DNA of 48,370 nucleotides from Basidiobolus meristosporus CBS 931.73 (Eukaryota > Fungi > Basidiobolomycota), in contig MCFE01000666.1 of NCBI GenBank assembly GCA_002104905.1, positions 1-48,370 of the forward strand. The letters are read 5' to 3'. Below, one piece after another: positions 9,566 through 22,212 of this stretch. The notes below the pieces were generated by a model that was given only the letters and a program-made list of their open reading frames with translations, was not told where the DNA came from and did not search any database. Numbering within the stretch: the stretch's first letter is position 1; each line of letters opens with the position of its first letter. Position numbers and translations under genes: made by a program.

Positions 9566-12500
9566 CAAAGTCACCATAGTAATCCTAGCAATAAGGCATA
9601 GTATATATAATAGTTGGACTCTTTTGGTCATAACTCCTTAAGTACTGCTTCAAATGAGCTGTAATTTGAAACATGTGTTGGCTACTACGTGTTCTGTATG
9701 ACATAATATTCTTGGGTGGATTGCTTGTCAGGGCCTGGAGCATTTGTTCATCAAAGTTGGAAATTCTTGATCTTTCACTTGTGTGTTACAATAGCAAAAA
9801 GCAAAATAAAGAAATGAGTGCAATATTGGTTTAGAGATATTGTAGTAATGGAATACTTTCCATTACCACAGAATATAAATCAACCTGTATAGAATCTGAT
9901 ATATAATACCCAAAGCAATAGGGGTACCATTTTGATCAGTGATTCTGTATCCAGAGTTGTAAAAGCTGTATTGAGTCCTTCTGCTGTGGGCTTACTTACA
10001 GATAGTAGATTCTTAGTTATTTCTGGTACATAGAGTCATCCTTTGAAGGCTAGTGTGTGGCATACCTCACTACTTCTATGGTTTACTTGGATAGTTCTTT
10101 CTTCAACTGCATCAAGTGCTCCATTCCCACCCATGAAAACCTTGTTAACTGGAATTTCTTAATGTTGGGTAAAAAGTTCTTTTTGATGTGCATAGTGTTG
10201 AGGTTCTTCAGAGTCATTATACCATATCTGAGAGTCCTTGTTTGTTGTCTTATTTAGTACCAATATGAATAGTCTATCGTTGGTTGTTACAGCATCTCTA
10301 TATTCACACACTTTCTGCTTATTATCTCCTAGTTAAAGTACTGGTCTGTTGTGTGTACTTTCCTTTTACAGTAGTTGCAAAGCAGGTTGCTGTTGCCTCA
10401 AAAAGATCTTGAGTACCTCCTTTGCTGGTTTTCACTGCTTATTAAGGCACTTTCTTATTCCATCTTATTGACACTGTATTTTCTTAATTCTTCATCCAGG
10501 AGACTTCCATGTTTGTAATGTAAGGTCAAATCCCCAGTTCTGGACTCTGAGGCTGCTACAAAAACCTGAAACCTGTCTGTCAGGCTATCCAGGATGGTGA
10601 ATATCAAATGCTCATCAGTAGATGGTATGCACACAGAATTCTTTTCATCAGTCAACAGTGCAATTCTGTTAATTAGATTTCTCATCCCATCTTCTAGAAG
10701 CATCTTTGTGGTAAAGAATTTTTGCTAACAAAGCATCTTCTTGACTCTGTCCCAAGTTATATTTTTCATCAGGGTCTGATACTATTCAATCATTGCAGAT
10801 CTCCAAAACTTTGTCTGAGGGCTATTTAGGGCCTCTTTACAGTCTGGGGCTCATCAACATGGACTTAATAGACATAGGCTAAGTTTGTACCCTAATTGAT
10901 ATAATAATTTGGGCTATTTCTTCACTAGCTGAATCTCCTGGAATTTGATACTGGAATGATCACCTATGGGATTTTCCTGGGCACTGATCCAGGCTCCACC
11001 ATAATTGAAGAGTCCTCATGAGTGAAAAAGCTTCTTTGTTTTCCTCTAATTCAATTCTGACTATTGGGGGACATGAGATCAGATTTTTCTCATCATCTGA
11101 TGTCATTTTTTGTGGAAATTCTAAATTCTCATCAAACAGCACATCCTGGACATCATCAGCTTTTTTGCTTTGGTATTGTAGTGTCTGTATACCTTACTCA
11201 CATTGCAGTAGCCCAAAAATATATATTTTGCACTTTTTGGCTCAAGTTTTGACTGCTTTCTGGGCAGTTTCTTGGCATATGCTATATACTCCAATATTCT
11301 TAGATTCTCTGCACTTGATCTGAATGCTTCCATGCTTCAGATAGAATTCAAATACCATGTATTCTGCAATAACTACTATTCTTAGGGTGTACAGCAGTGG
11401 CAACCAATTCCACCCAAAATCAAAGGTTAACTTTTGAACACAGATCATAGATCTTGCCATATCAGTTATTGATCTGTTGGCACATTCTGCAACACCATTC
11501 TGCTGCAGGGAGTATGGTACTGTAGTCTCTTGCATTATCCCACAAATCTTGCTAAGATGGATGAGGAGTTTTGAGGCATATTTTCCAACATTGTCAAAGT
11601 GTATTTTCTTAGTTTTTTCATCAATTTCTCTCTCCACCATTACCTTAAGCCACCTGAGCTTGGGCAAAGCTTCTTCCTTTCTTTCCATGAAGTAGACCCA
11701 CATGTGTACTTCACAATCATCATTGAAGGTGATTAAATACTTCATCCAACCTAAGGATAAATTTTGCATAGGTTGACACATATTGGAGTGAATTAGATCT
11801 AGTTTTTTCTTAGGTTTAACTAATCCAGAGCTCCTGAACAGTTGTGGGGCTTGTTTCCCATATATGCACACTTAACAGTGCTCTAAGTCAGTGGGTGGGA
11901 TCAATTATTACTCCAATAATTAGCAGATCTCTGATCATTTTGGGCAAATAATCAAGTTGATGTTTCCAAATCTCTTGTGCCAAAGCATTGATGTTTCTTT
12001 GTTTAAGTTACATATATTGGGTTCCACATGTTGTAAGAGTCTTGGATATATTGAAAGTGATTGGGAGGACAAGTAGAGTATGTGGTATCACTTAATGATT
12101 AATTGAATGTAAAAGTAGCATTTATACTTTTACATGGTCTTGGCATCACAAACATGTAGAATAAGTTACAAAAGGTCCCAAAAACATGTGTGCAGAGTCT
12201 GGAGCTGTTTGGACAGCTTTGAGTATTTTCATGTTCTGGGTACCTGGTATTTTGGTGAAAATATTCCAAGTAAATCTCAACAAGGAATTTGGTCAGTATT
12301 CTCTAAGATTTGAAGGTAATGATCTAAGTAACCAAGTTAGGTGGATATTTAGGTGGAATTACAAATCTTTAAAACACTGCCACTCAGCTAAATGCTCATG
12401 CTGACTAGTCCTAATTTTGACCTAAAATATTCAGACTTGTATCTAGCTAATTGTTTGGTAAATATGTCTGCAATCTTTTCATCTGAAGGTCAGTAAACAA

Positions 12501-13791
12501 AGCTAGCTAAGTTATTCTCTGTAGCTTCATGTATGAAAAGATGTTTAATATCTATGTGCTTAGTTCTAGCATGAAAAATTGGATTTCTACATAATTGTAT
12601 ACATCCTTGATTATCTTGGAAAAAAGTAATAGGCATTTTTTAGCATAGGCCTAAATCAGTAAAAAGCTTTCTTAACCATGTTGCTTATTTTGTAGCTTCA
12701 CAGGCTGCCATATACTCTGCCTCTGTGGTAGAGAGTGCTATGGTTGGCTGCTTTCTTGAATTCCATGAATCACTCATTTATAGTCAAGAAAGGTGTATCC
12801 TGTTGTGGATCCTGTGACTTTCAAATTTTGTCACCAATCAGCATCAGAGTATCCCACAAGATCCTGTTCTGAATCTTTATTAGTGTATGTTAAGCAGATA
12901 TCAGCAGTTCCTTTTAGATATCTAAAAATCTGCTTAACTGCTGCAATATGATCAGATCCATAGTTCTGATTATGTTGGCTGACAACTCCCACTGAATATG
13001 AGATATCTGGGCATGTTCCAAGCATAATATACATGAGACTGCTCACCATAGATTGATAAGGAAAGTCAGGGCTGTCAGATGGCACCAAGCTCACTTGATA
13101 TGGTTATGTTTTGATCAAGTTATGATTTGTCTCCATCGGGGCAGCTGCCAGTTTACAGTCTTCCATTTGGTATTTTAGTATATCTTGAATATACTTGGAT
13201 GGGCTTAGGGTATTAGTCTGGGTACTATGGTCTATGGAGAACTTATTCCCTAAGTAGCAACTGAGTTCTCCTAGATTGGACATCTTGAACTCCTTAGATA
13301 GGCTGGATTTAGTCTCTTGCAATGTTCCTAGGTTATTGGTGGCTATAATAAGATCATCCATATATAGACCTGATTGAACTGCATTTGCTCTATTTGGCTT
13401 ATAGTATATACTTTAGTCAGCATTACTCCTTTTGAAACTCAAAGTTTCCAAATAAGAATCTATCTTGCAATTCCAGGCTCTTGGTGTTTGTTTGAGACCA
13501 TGTAGAGACTTTTTAAGCTTGCAGACCAAATGGGGTTATCTTGGTCAGCAAGCCCATCAGGCTGGTCCATATACACATCCTCATCAAGTACTCCATTCAA
13601 AAGTGCAGGTTTTATATCCATTTGATGAATAAAAAACTTATATTTGGCTGCAATAGCCAATATTAATCTGATAGAACTAAACTTAGCTACCGGTGCAAAG
13701 ATCTCAGTTTAGTCAGGTCCTTTTGTTTGAGAGTATTGTTTGGCCACAAGTCTTGCTTTGTATCTTTCACTTGTACCATCAGCCTTGTATT

Positions 13792-16700
13792 TGTTGTAAA
13801 AATTTGTATTTCCATCTAAATATTCACATAACTTAGTCACTTAGATCATTGCCTTCAAATCCTAGAGAATACTGACCAAATTCCTTGTTGGGATTTACTT
13901 AGAATATTTTCACCAAAATACCAGGTACCCAGAACATGAAAATTCTCAAAGTTGTCCAAACAGCCCCAAACTTTGGACACATGTTCTTGGGACCTTCCTT
14001 AACCTGTTCTACGTGTTTGTAATGCCAAGACCAGGTAAAAGTATAAATACTACTTTTACATTCAATAAATCATTAAGTGAAAACCACATAATCTACTTGT
14101 TCTCCCAATCACTTCCAATATCTCCAAGACTCTTACAACAGGTTATGAGCCCCAAGCTGTCACTCTCTGCAATGTCTACCACTGCTATTACTGGAATTTT
14201 TCCCTCTGCTGAAAAGTTGGATGGATCTGACTACCAAGTGTGGAAGGTGAAGATGAAGATGCTGCTACAAGAAAGAGGCCTTTGGGGTATTGTCATGGGA
14301 GAAGAATGCCCTCCTAAAAACATGGGAGAGGAAGCCTTAAAGTACCAGAAGAAAGAACAAAGTGCCTTTAACTGCATTTGCCTTAATGTCAAGAACAAAT
14401 TGCTAATTCAATGCTCAAGAGCAAAAACAGCAAAGAATGCCTGGAAGGCATTAGAAGACACCTACCAGTCATGTTCAGCTGCCAAGAAAATGTATCTGAG
14501 ACAAAAATTCTTTACTACAAAGATGCTGCCAGGAGAAGAAATGAAAAATCTAATTAACAGAATTACCCTGCTGGTAGATGAGATGTAATCTGTGGGTGTA
14601 CCAACTACTGATGAGGATGTGATAGTTACCATCCTGAATAGCCTGAGAGACAAGATTCAGGGCCTTGTATCAGCCCTAGAGTCCAGAACTGAAGATTTGA
14701 CCTTAAATTACGTATATGGAAGGCTCCTGGATGAAGAATTAAGAAAATCAAGCGCCAATAAGAAGGAAGAAGAAAATGCTTTAATAAGCAATGATAACCA
14801 ACAAAGGAGGTACCCAAGACCCTACAAAGGCAACAGCAACCTATTTTGCAACTACTGCAAAAGGAAAGGACACACATCAGACCGGTGTCTCAAAAAGAGA
14901 GATTATCAGCAAAAGAAGCCTGAATATGGAAATGCTGCAACAACTGAAGATAGACTATTCATATCTGCACTAAATATGACCACAAACAAGGATTCTCAGA
15001 CGTGGTATATTGACTCTGAAGCTTCTCAACACTTTACACACCAAAAAGAACTTTTTACCCAATATCAAGAAATTTCAATTAAGAAGGTTTTCATGGGTGA
15101 CAATAGAACACTTGATGCAGTGGGAGAAGGAACTATCCAAGTAAACCTTAGAAGCAGTGAAGTAAGCCATACACTGACCTTTAAAGAAGTACTTTATGAA
15201 CCAGAAATAGCCAAGAACCTACTATCTGTAAGTAAGGCCACAGCAGAAGGACTCAGTTTCAGTTTTGACAATTCTGGATGCAGGATCACTGATCAAAATG
15301 GTGCCCACATTGCTTTGGGCATCAGAGATCAGAATCTATACAGGTTGACTTATATTCCATCATATTTGGAAGCCAATATAAGTAACTTAAAAGAAGAAAC
15401 ACCAATGCTTTGGCACAGGAGATTTGGACACATCAATTTTGATTATTTGCATAAAATGATCAAAGATCAGCTAATTTCTGGAGTGAAAATTGATCCCCCA
15501 GCTAATTTGGAGCACTGTGAAGCCTGCATATATGGGAAACAAGCCAGACAACCGTTCAAGAGCTCTGGGTTAATCAAAACTAAGAAAAAATTAGATCTAA
15601 TTCACTCAGATCTGTGTGGACCTATGCAAAATTTATCCTTAGGCGGGATGAAGTATTTAATCACTTTTATTGATGATTATACAAGATACACATGGGTCTA
15701 CTTCACAAAGAGAAAGGAAGAAGCTCTGTCTAAGCTCAGGGAGTTTAAAGCCATGGTGGAGAGAGAAACTGGTGAAAAAATCAAGAAAATACGCTCTGAC
15801 AATGGTGGAGAATATACCTCAAAACTCTTCATCCACTTCTGCAAAATTCATGGGATAAAGCAAGAGACTACTGTACCATACTCCCTACAGCAAAATGGAG
15901 TAGCAGAACAAGCTAACAGATCAATAATTGATATGGCAAGATCTATGATCCATGATCAAAAATTATCCTATGATTTTTGGGCGGAATCAGTTGCCACTGC
16001 TGTATACCTTAAAAATAGGAGTTATAACAGAATACTTCGTGATTCTACTCCATTTGAAGCATGGTATGGATACAGACCAAGTGCAGAACATCTAAGAATA
16101 TTTGGGTGTGCAGCATATGCCAAAAAACTGGCCAGAAATCAGTCAAAATTTAAGCCAAAAAGTGTAAAATGCATATTTTTGGGCTACTGCAATGAGAGTA
16201 AGGCATACAGACTCTACAATACCAAAGCAAAGAAGCTTATCAAGTCCAGGGATGTGTTGTTTGATGAAAATTCAAAATTTTCACAAAAAATGACATCAGA
16301 TGATGACAAAAATTTGATCTCAAGTCCACCAATTGTCAGGATTGAATCAGAGCAAAACAATGAAAATTTTTTCACTCCAGAGAACTTTACAACTGTGGTT
16401 TAGCCAGAATCACTGCCCAGGAATATCCCAGAAGTGATCATTCCAGTATCAAATGCCCGGAGATCAAACCAAACAAGAAATAGCCCAAATTACTATATCA
16501 ATGAGGGTACAAACTTAGCCTATGCCTATTCAGTCCATATTGATGAACCCCAGACTGTAAAAGAGGCCCTAAATAGCCCTCAGACAAAGTTTTGGAGATC
16601 TGCAATGACTGAGGAATATCAGGCACTGATGGAAAATCAAACTTGGGACTTAGTCAATTACCAATCAACCAAAAATCAAGTGGATGCAGATGGGTCTTCA

Positions 16701-18474
16701 AGGCAAAATACAAGGCTGATGGTACAATTGAAAGATACAAAGCAAGACTTGTAGCCAAAGGATACTCTCAAACAAAAGGACTTGACTATACTGAGACCTT
16801 TGTACCAGTAGCCAAGTTTAATTCCATCAGATTAATACTGGCTATTGCAGCCAAGTATAAGTTTTTTATTCATCAAATGGATGTAAAAACTGCATTTTTG
16901 AATGGAGAACTTGATGAGGACGTGTATATGGACCAGCCTGATGGGTTTGTTGACCAAGATAACCCTCATTTGGTCTGCAAGCTTAAAAAGTCACTATATG
17001 GTCTCAAACAATCACCGAGAGCCTGGAATTGCAAGATAGATTCTTATTTGGAATCCTTGAGTTTCAAAAGAAGTAATGCTGACTATAGTATATACTATAA
17101 GCCAGATAGAGCAAATCCAGTTCTATTAGCTCTATACGTGGATGATCTTATTATAGCCGCCATAACCTAGAAACATTGGAAGAGACTAAATCCAGCCTAT
17201 CTAAGGAGTTCAAGATGTCTGATTTAGGAGAACTTAGTTACTACTTAGGGATTAAGTTCTCCATAGACAGATGTACCCAGACTATTACCCTAAGCCAATC
17301 CAAGTATATTCAAGATATACTAAAGAAGTACAAAATGGAAGACTGTAAACCGGCAGCTACCCCAATGGAGACAAACCTTAACTCGGTCAAAATTCAACCA
17401 AATCAAGAGAGCCTGGTGCCATCTGAAAGCCCTGACTTTCCTTATCAATCTATGGTCAGCAGTCTGATGTATATCATGCTTGGAACACGTCCAGATATCT
17501 CATATTCAGTGGGAGTTGTCAGCCAATATAATCAGAATTATGGATCTGATCATATTGCAGCAGTTACGAGGATTTTTAGATACCTAAAAGGAGCTGCTGA
17601 TATCTACTTGAGATACACTTATAAGGATTCAGAACAGGATCTTGTGGGATACTCTGATGCTGATTGGGGACAAAATTTGGAAGACAGAAGATCCACCACA
17701 GGATACACCTTTCTTTACTGTAAAGGAGCCATTTCATGGAATTCAAGAAAGCAACCAACTGTAGCACTTTCCACCACAGAGGCAGAGTATATGGCAGCCT
17801 GTGAAGCTACAAAAGAAGCAATGTGGTTAAGAAAGCTGTTTACAGATTTAGGCCTATGTCAAAAAACGCCTATTACTTTATTTCAAGGTAATCAAGGATG
17901 TATACAATTAGGTAGAAATCCAACTTTTCATGCTAGAACCAAGCACATAGATATTAGACACCATTTCATACGTGAAGCTATAGAGAATAACTTAGTTAGC
18001 TTAGTTTACTGTCCTACAGATGAAATGATTGCAGACATATTTACCAAACCATTAGCTAGAGACAAGTTTGAATATCTTAGGTCAAAATTAGGACTAGTCA
18101 GTATGAACATTTAGCTGAGTGGGAGTGTTGTAAAAATTTGTATTTCCATCTAAATATTCACATAACTTAGTCACTTAGATCATTACCTTCAAATCCTAGA
18201 GAATACTGACCAAATTCCTTGTCAGGATTTACTTAGAATATTTTCACCAAAATACCAGGTACCCAGAACATGAAAATTCTCAAAGTTGTCCAAACAGCCC
18301 CAAACTTTGCACACATGTTCTTGGGACCTTCCTTAACCTATTCTAAGTGCTTGTAATGCCAAGACCAGGTAAAAGTATAAATATTACTTTTACATTCAAT
18401 AAATCATTAAGTGAAAACCACATAATCTACTTGTTCTCCCAATCACTTCCAATATCTCCAAGACTCTTACAACA
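13792..18474 (+). mobile_element. Full-length but disrupted Copia family-I element 2
   Basis: LTRs 13792-14140 and 18126-18474 (8 substitutions, manual count), TSD GTATT (13787-13791, 18475-18479), PBS at 14141. The flanks rejoin into RT codons of the host. Confidence 0.97.
14145..18114 (+). pseudogene. Copia gag-pol pseudogene (two nonsense codons, two 1-bp deletions)
   Basis: Relative to element 1: GAA to TAA at 14586, CAG to TAG at 16401, and single-base deletions near 16655 and 17162. All domains are otherwise present. Confidence 0.93.
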
Positions 18475-21400
18475 GTATTTTGTCTTGAAGACCCATCTGC
18501 ATCAAATTGATATTTGGTTGATTGGTAATTTGACTAAGTCCCAAATTTGATTTTCCATCAGGGCCTGATATTCCTCAGTCTATGCAGATGTCCAAAAGTT
18601 TGTCTGAGGGCTATTTAGGGCCTGTTTTAGAGTCTGGGGCTCATCAATATGGAATGAATAGGCATAGGCTAAGTGTGTTCCCTGATTGATATAGTAATTT
18701 GGAATATATCTTGTCTGATTGGATCTCCAGGCATTTGATACTGGAATGATCACTTCTGAGATATTCCTGGGCACTACCTCAGGCTGAACATGGCTGTAGA
18801 GTTCTCTGGAGTGAAGATATCTCACTGTTTTGCTCTGACTCAATTCTAACAATTGGTGGACTTAAGATCAGATTTTCATCACCATCTAATGTCATATTCT
18901 GTGAGAATTTTGAACTTTCATCAAGCAACACATCCCTGGACTGGATTAGCTTCTTTGCTTTGGTATTGTAGAGTCTGTATGCTTTACTCTCATAACAGTA
19001 GCCTAGAAATATTCATTTTACACTTTTTGGCTCCTATTTTGACTCATTACTGGGCAGTTTCTGAGTGTATGCTGTACACCCAAATATTCTTAGATATTCT
19101 GCACTTGGTCTGTATCTATATCCTTGCATCAAATGGTGTAGAATCACAAAGTATTCTGTTATAGCTCCTATTTTTAAGGTAAACAGCTGTGGCAACTGAT
19201 TCCATCCAAAAATTATAGGATAATTTTTGATCATGGATCATGGATCTGGCCATATCAATTGCTGATATGTTTGCACGTTTTTCTACTCCATTTTACCATA
19301 GGGAGTATGGTGCAGTAGCCTCTTGCTTTATCCCATGAATTTTGCAGAAGTGGATGAAGAGTCTTGGGGTATATTCTCCACTTTTGTCAGAGTGTATTTT
19401 CTTGATTATTCAACCAGTATCTCTCTCCACCATGGTTTTGAGCTCCCTGAGCTTAGACAGAGCTTCTTCCTTTCTCTCCATGAAGTAGACCCATGTGTAT
19501 CTTGTATAATCATCAATTAAAGTGATTAAATACTTCATCCCGCCTAAGGATAAATTTTGCATAGGTTCACACAGATCTGAGTGAATTAGATCTAATTTTT
19601 TCTTAGTTTTGATTAACCCAGAGCTCTTGAACAGTTGTCTGGCTTGTTTCCCATATATGCAGGCTTCACAGTGCTCCAACTTTGCTGGGGATCAATTTTC
19701 ACTCCAGAAATTGGCTGATCTTTGATCAGTTTGCGCAAATAATCAAACTTGATGTGTCCAAATCTCCTGTGCCAAAGCATTGGTGTTTCTTCATTTAAGT
19801 TACTTATATTGGCTTCCAAATATAGTGGAATATAAGTCAACTTGTATAGATTCTGATCTCTGATGCCCAAAGCAATATGGGCACCATTTTGATCAGTGAT
19901 CCTGTATCCAGAATTGTCAAAACTGAAACTGAGTCCTTCTGCTGTGGCCTTGCTTACAAATAGTAGGTTCTTGGCTATTTCTGGTACATAGAGTGCTTCT
20001 TTAAAGGTCAGAGTATGGCTTCCTTCACTGCTTCTTAGGTTTACTTGGATAGTTCCTTCTCCCACTGCATCAAGTGTTCTATTGTCACACATGAAAACCT
20101 TCTTAATTGGAATTTCTTGATATTGGGTAAAAAGTTCTTTTTGGTGTGTAAAGTGTTGAGATGCTCCAGAGTCAATATACCACATCTGAGAATCCTTGTT
20201 TGTTGTCGTATTTAGTGCAGATATGAATAGTCTATCTTCAGTTGTTGCAGCATTTCAATATTTAGGCTTCTTTTGCTGATATTCTCTCTTATTGATACAC
20301 CAGTCTGATGTGCATCCCTTCCTTTTGCAGTAGTTGCAAAATCGGTTTGCTGTTGCCTTTGTAGGGTCTTGGGTACCTCCTTTGTTGGTTATCATTGCTT
20401 ATTATAGCATTTTCTTCTTCCTTCTTATTGGCGCTTGATTTTTTTAATTCTTCATCCAGGAGCCTTCCATTTACATAATTTGAGGTCAAGTCCTCAGTTC
20501 TAGACTCTAGGGCTGATAAAAGGCCCTGAAGCTTGTCTGTCAGGCTATAAAGGATGGTAACTATCACATCCTCATCATTAGTTGGTACACCCACAGATTC
20601 CATCTCATCCACCAGCAGGATAATTCTTTTAATTAGATTTTTCATTTCTTCTCCTGGCAGCATCTTTGTAGTAAAGGATTTTTGTCTCAGATACATTTTC
20701 TTAGCAGCTGAATATGACTGATAGGTGTCTTCTAATGCCTTCCAGGCATTCTTTGCTGTTTTTACTCTAGAGCATTGAATTAGCAATTTGTCTTTAACAT
20801 TAAGGCATATGCAGTTGAAGGCACTTTGTTCTTTCTTCTAGAACTTTGAGGCTTCCTCTGCTACATTTTTAGGAGGGCATTCTTCTCCCATGACAACATC
20901 CCAAAGGCCTCTTTCTTTTAGCCGCATCTTCATCTTCAACTTCCACACTTGGTAGTTAGATCCATCTAACTTTTCAGCAGAGGGAAAAATTCCAGTAATA
21001 GCAGTAGTAGACATTGCATAGAGTGACAGCTTGGGGCTCATAACCTGTTGTAAGAGTCTTGAAGATATTGGAAGTGATTGGGAGAACAAGTAGAATATGT
21101 GGTTTTCACTTAATGATTTATTGAATGTAAAAGTAGTATTTATACTTTTACCTGGTCTTGGCATTACAAGCACTTAGAATAGGTCAAGCAAGGTCCCAAG
21201 AACATGTGTGCAAAGTTTGGGGTTGTTTGGACAACTTTGGGAATTTTCATGTTCTGGGTAGCTGGTATTTTGGTGAGAATATTCTAAGTAAATCCCAACA
21301 AGGAATTTAGTCAGTATTTTCTAGGATTTGAAGGTAATGATCTAAGTGACTAAGTTTGGTGAATATTTAGGTGGAAATACAAATTTCTACAACACCAAAA

Positions 21401-22212
21401 ACATGTGTGCAGAGTTTGGAGCTGTGTGGACAACTTTGAGAATTTTCATGTTCAGGGTATCTGGTAATTTGATGGAAATATTCTAAGTGAATCCTAACAA
21501 GGAACTTGGTCAGTATTCTCTAGGATTTGAAGGTAATGATCTAAGCGACTAAGCTTGGTAGATATTTAGGTGCAATTACAAAGTTTTACAACACCAAATG
21601 TAATGGAATGTAAGTTAGTTTATAAAGACTCTGGTCTCTGATACCCAAGGCAATATGAGTATGATTTCAATCAGTGAACCTGCATCCAAAATTGCTGAAG
21701 CTGAAGCCAAGTCTTTCTGCTGTGGTCTTGCTTACAGATAGTGGGTTCTTGGCAACCTCTGTTACATAAAGTGCTTCTTTGGAGGTAAGTGTATGGCTCT
21801 CTTCATTGCTTCTAAGGCTTACTAGGATAGTTCCTTCTCCCACTGTATCAAGTGTTCTATTTGTTGTATAATTTGTAATTCCACCTAAATATTCACCTAA
21901 CTTGGTCACTTAGATCATTACCTTCAAATCTTAGAGAATAATGACCAAATTTCTTGTTGGGATTTACTTAGAATATTCTCACCAAAATACCAGCTACCCA
22001 GAACATGAAAATTCTCAAAGTTGTCCAAGCAGCGCAAGCTTTACACACATGTTCTTGGGACCTTCCAAAATCTATTCTATGTGTTTGTAATGCCAAGACC
22101 ATGCCAAAGTACAAATACTACTTTTACATTCAATAAATCATTAAGTGATAACCACATAATCTACTTGTTCTCCCAATCAATTCCAATATCTTCAAGACTC
22201 TTACAACAGGTT

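Larger units (their letters stand above)
8670..9870 (-). mobile_element. Ty3/Gypsy solo LTR (1201 bp)
   Basis: TGT...ACA ends and 4-bp TSD GAAT (8666-8669, 9871-9874). Near-identical to 27292-28534 and to 34300-35554, which abuts a Gypsy PPT and pol. Confidence 0.92.
182..10742 (-). mobile_element. Old, fragmented Ty1/Copia family-I element 'D' (host of four later insertions); 5' end lost
   Basis: 3' LTR at 182-530 with adjacent PPT. Decayed RNase H/RT/integrase/protease/gag pieces at 531-1128, 1357-2155, 2852-3190, 7877-8669 and 9871-10742 are collinear with the intact element once the inserts are removed. ORF-track fragments match (e.g. KCKWVFKT..IDRYKATLVAKGY, ICSDNDGEY). Confidence 0.85.
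12029..21593 (-). mobile_element. Composite minus-strand Copia family-I element (A/B), interrupted by element 2
   Basis: 3' LTR 12029-12376 with PPT, decayed RH/RT 12377-13791, better-preserved IN/PR/gag 18475-21045, PBS 21033-21045, 5' LTR 21046-21394 and an extra half LTR 21395-21593. Outer TSD CCACA/CCAAA. Confidence 0.85.
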
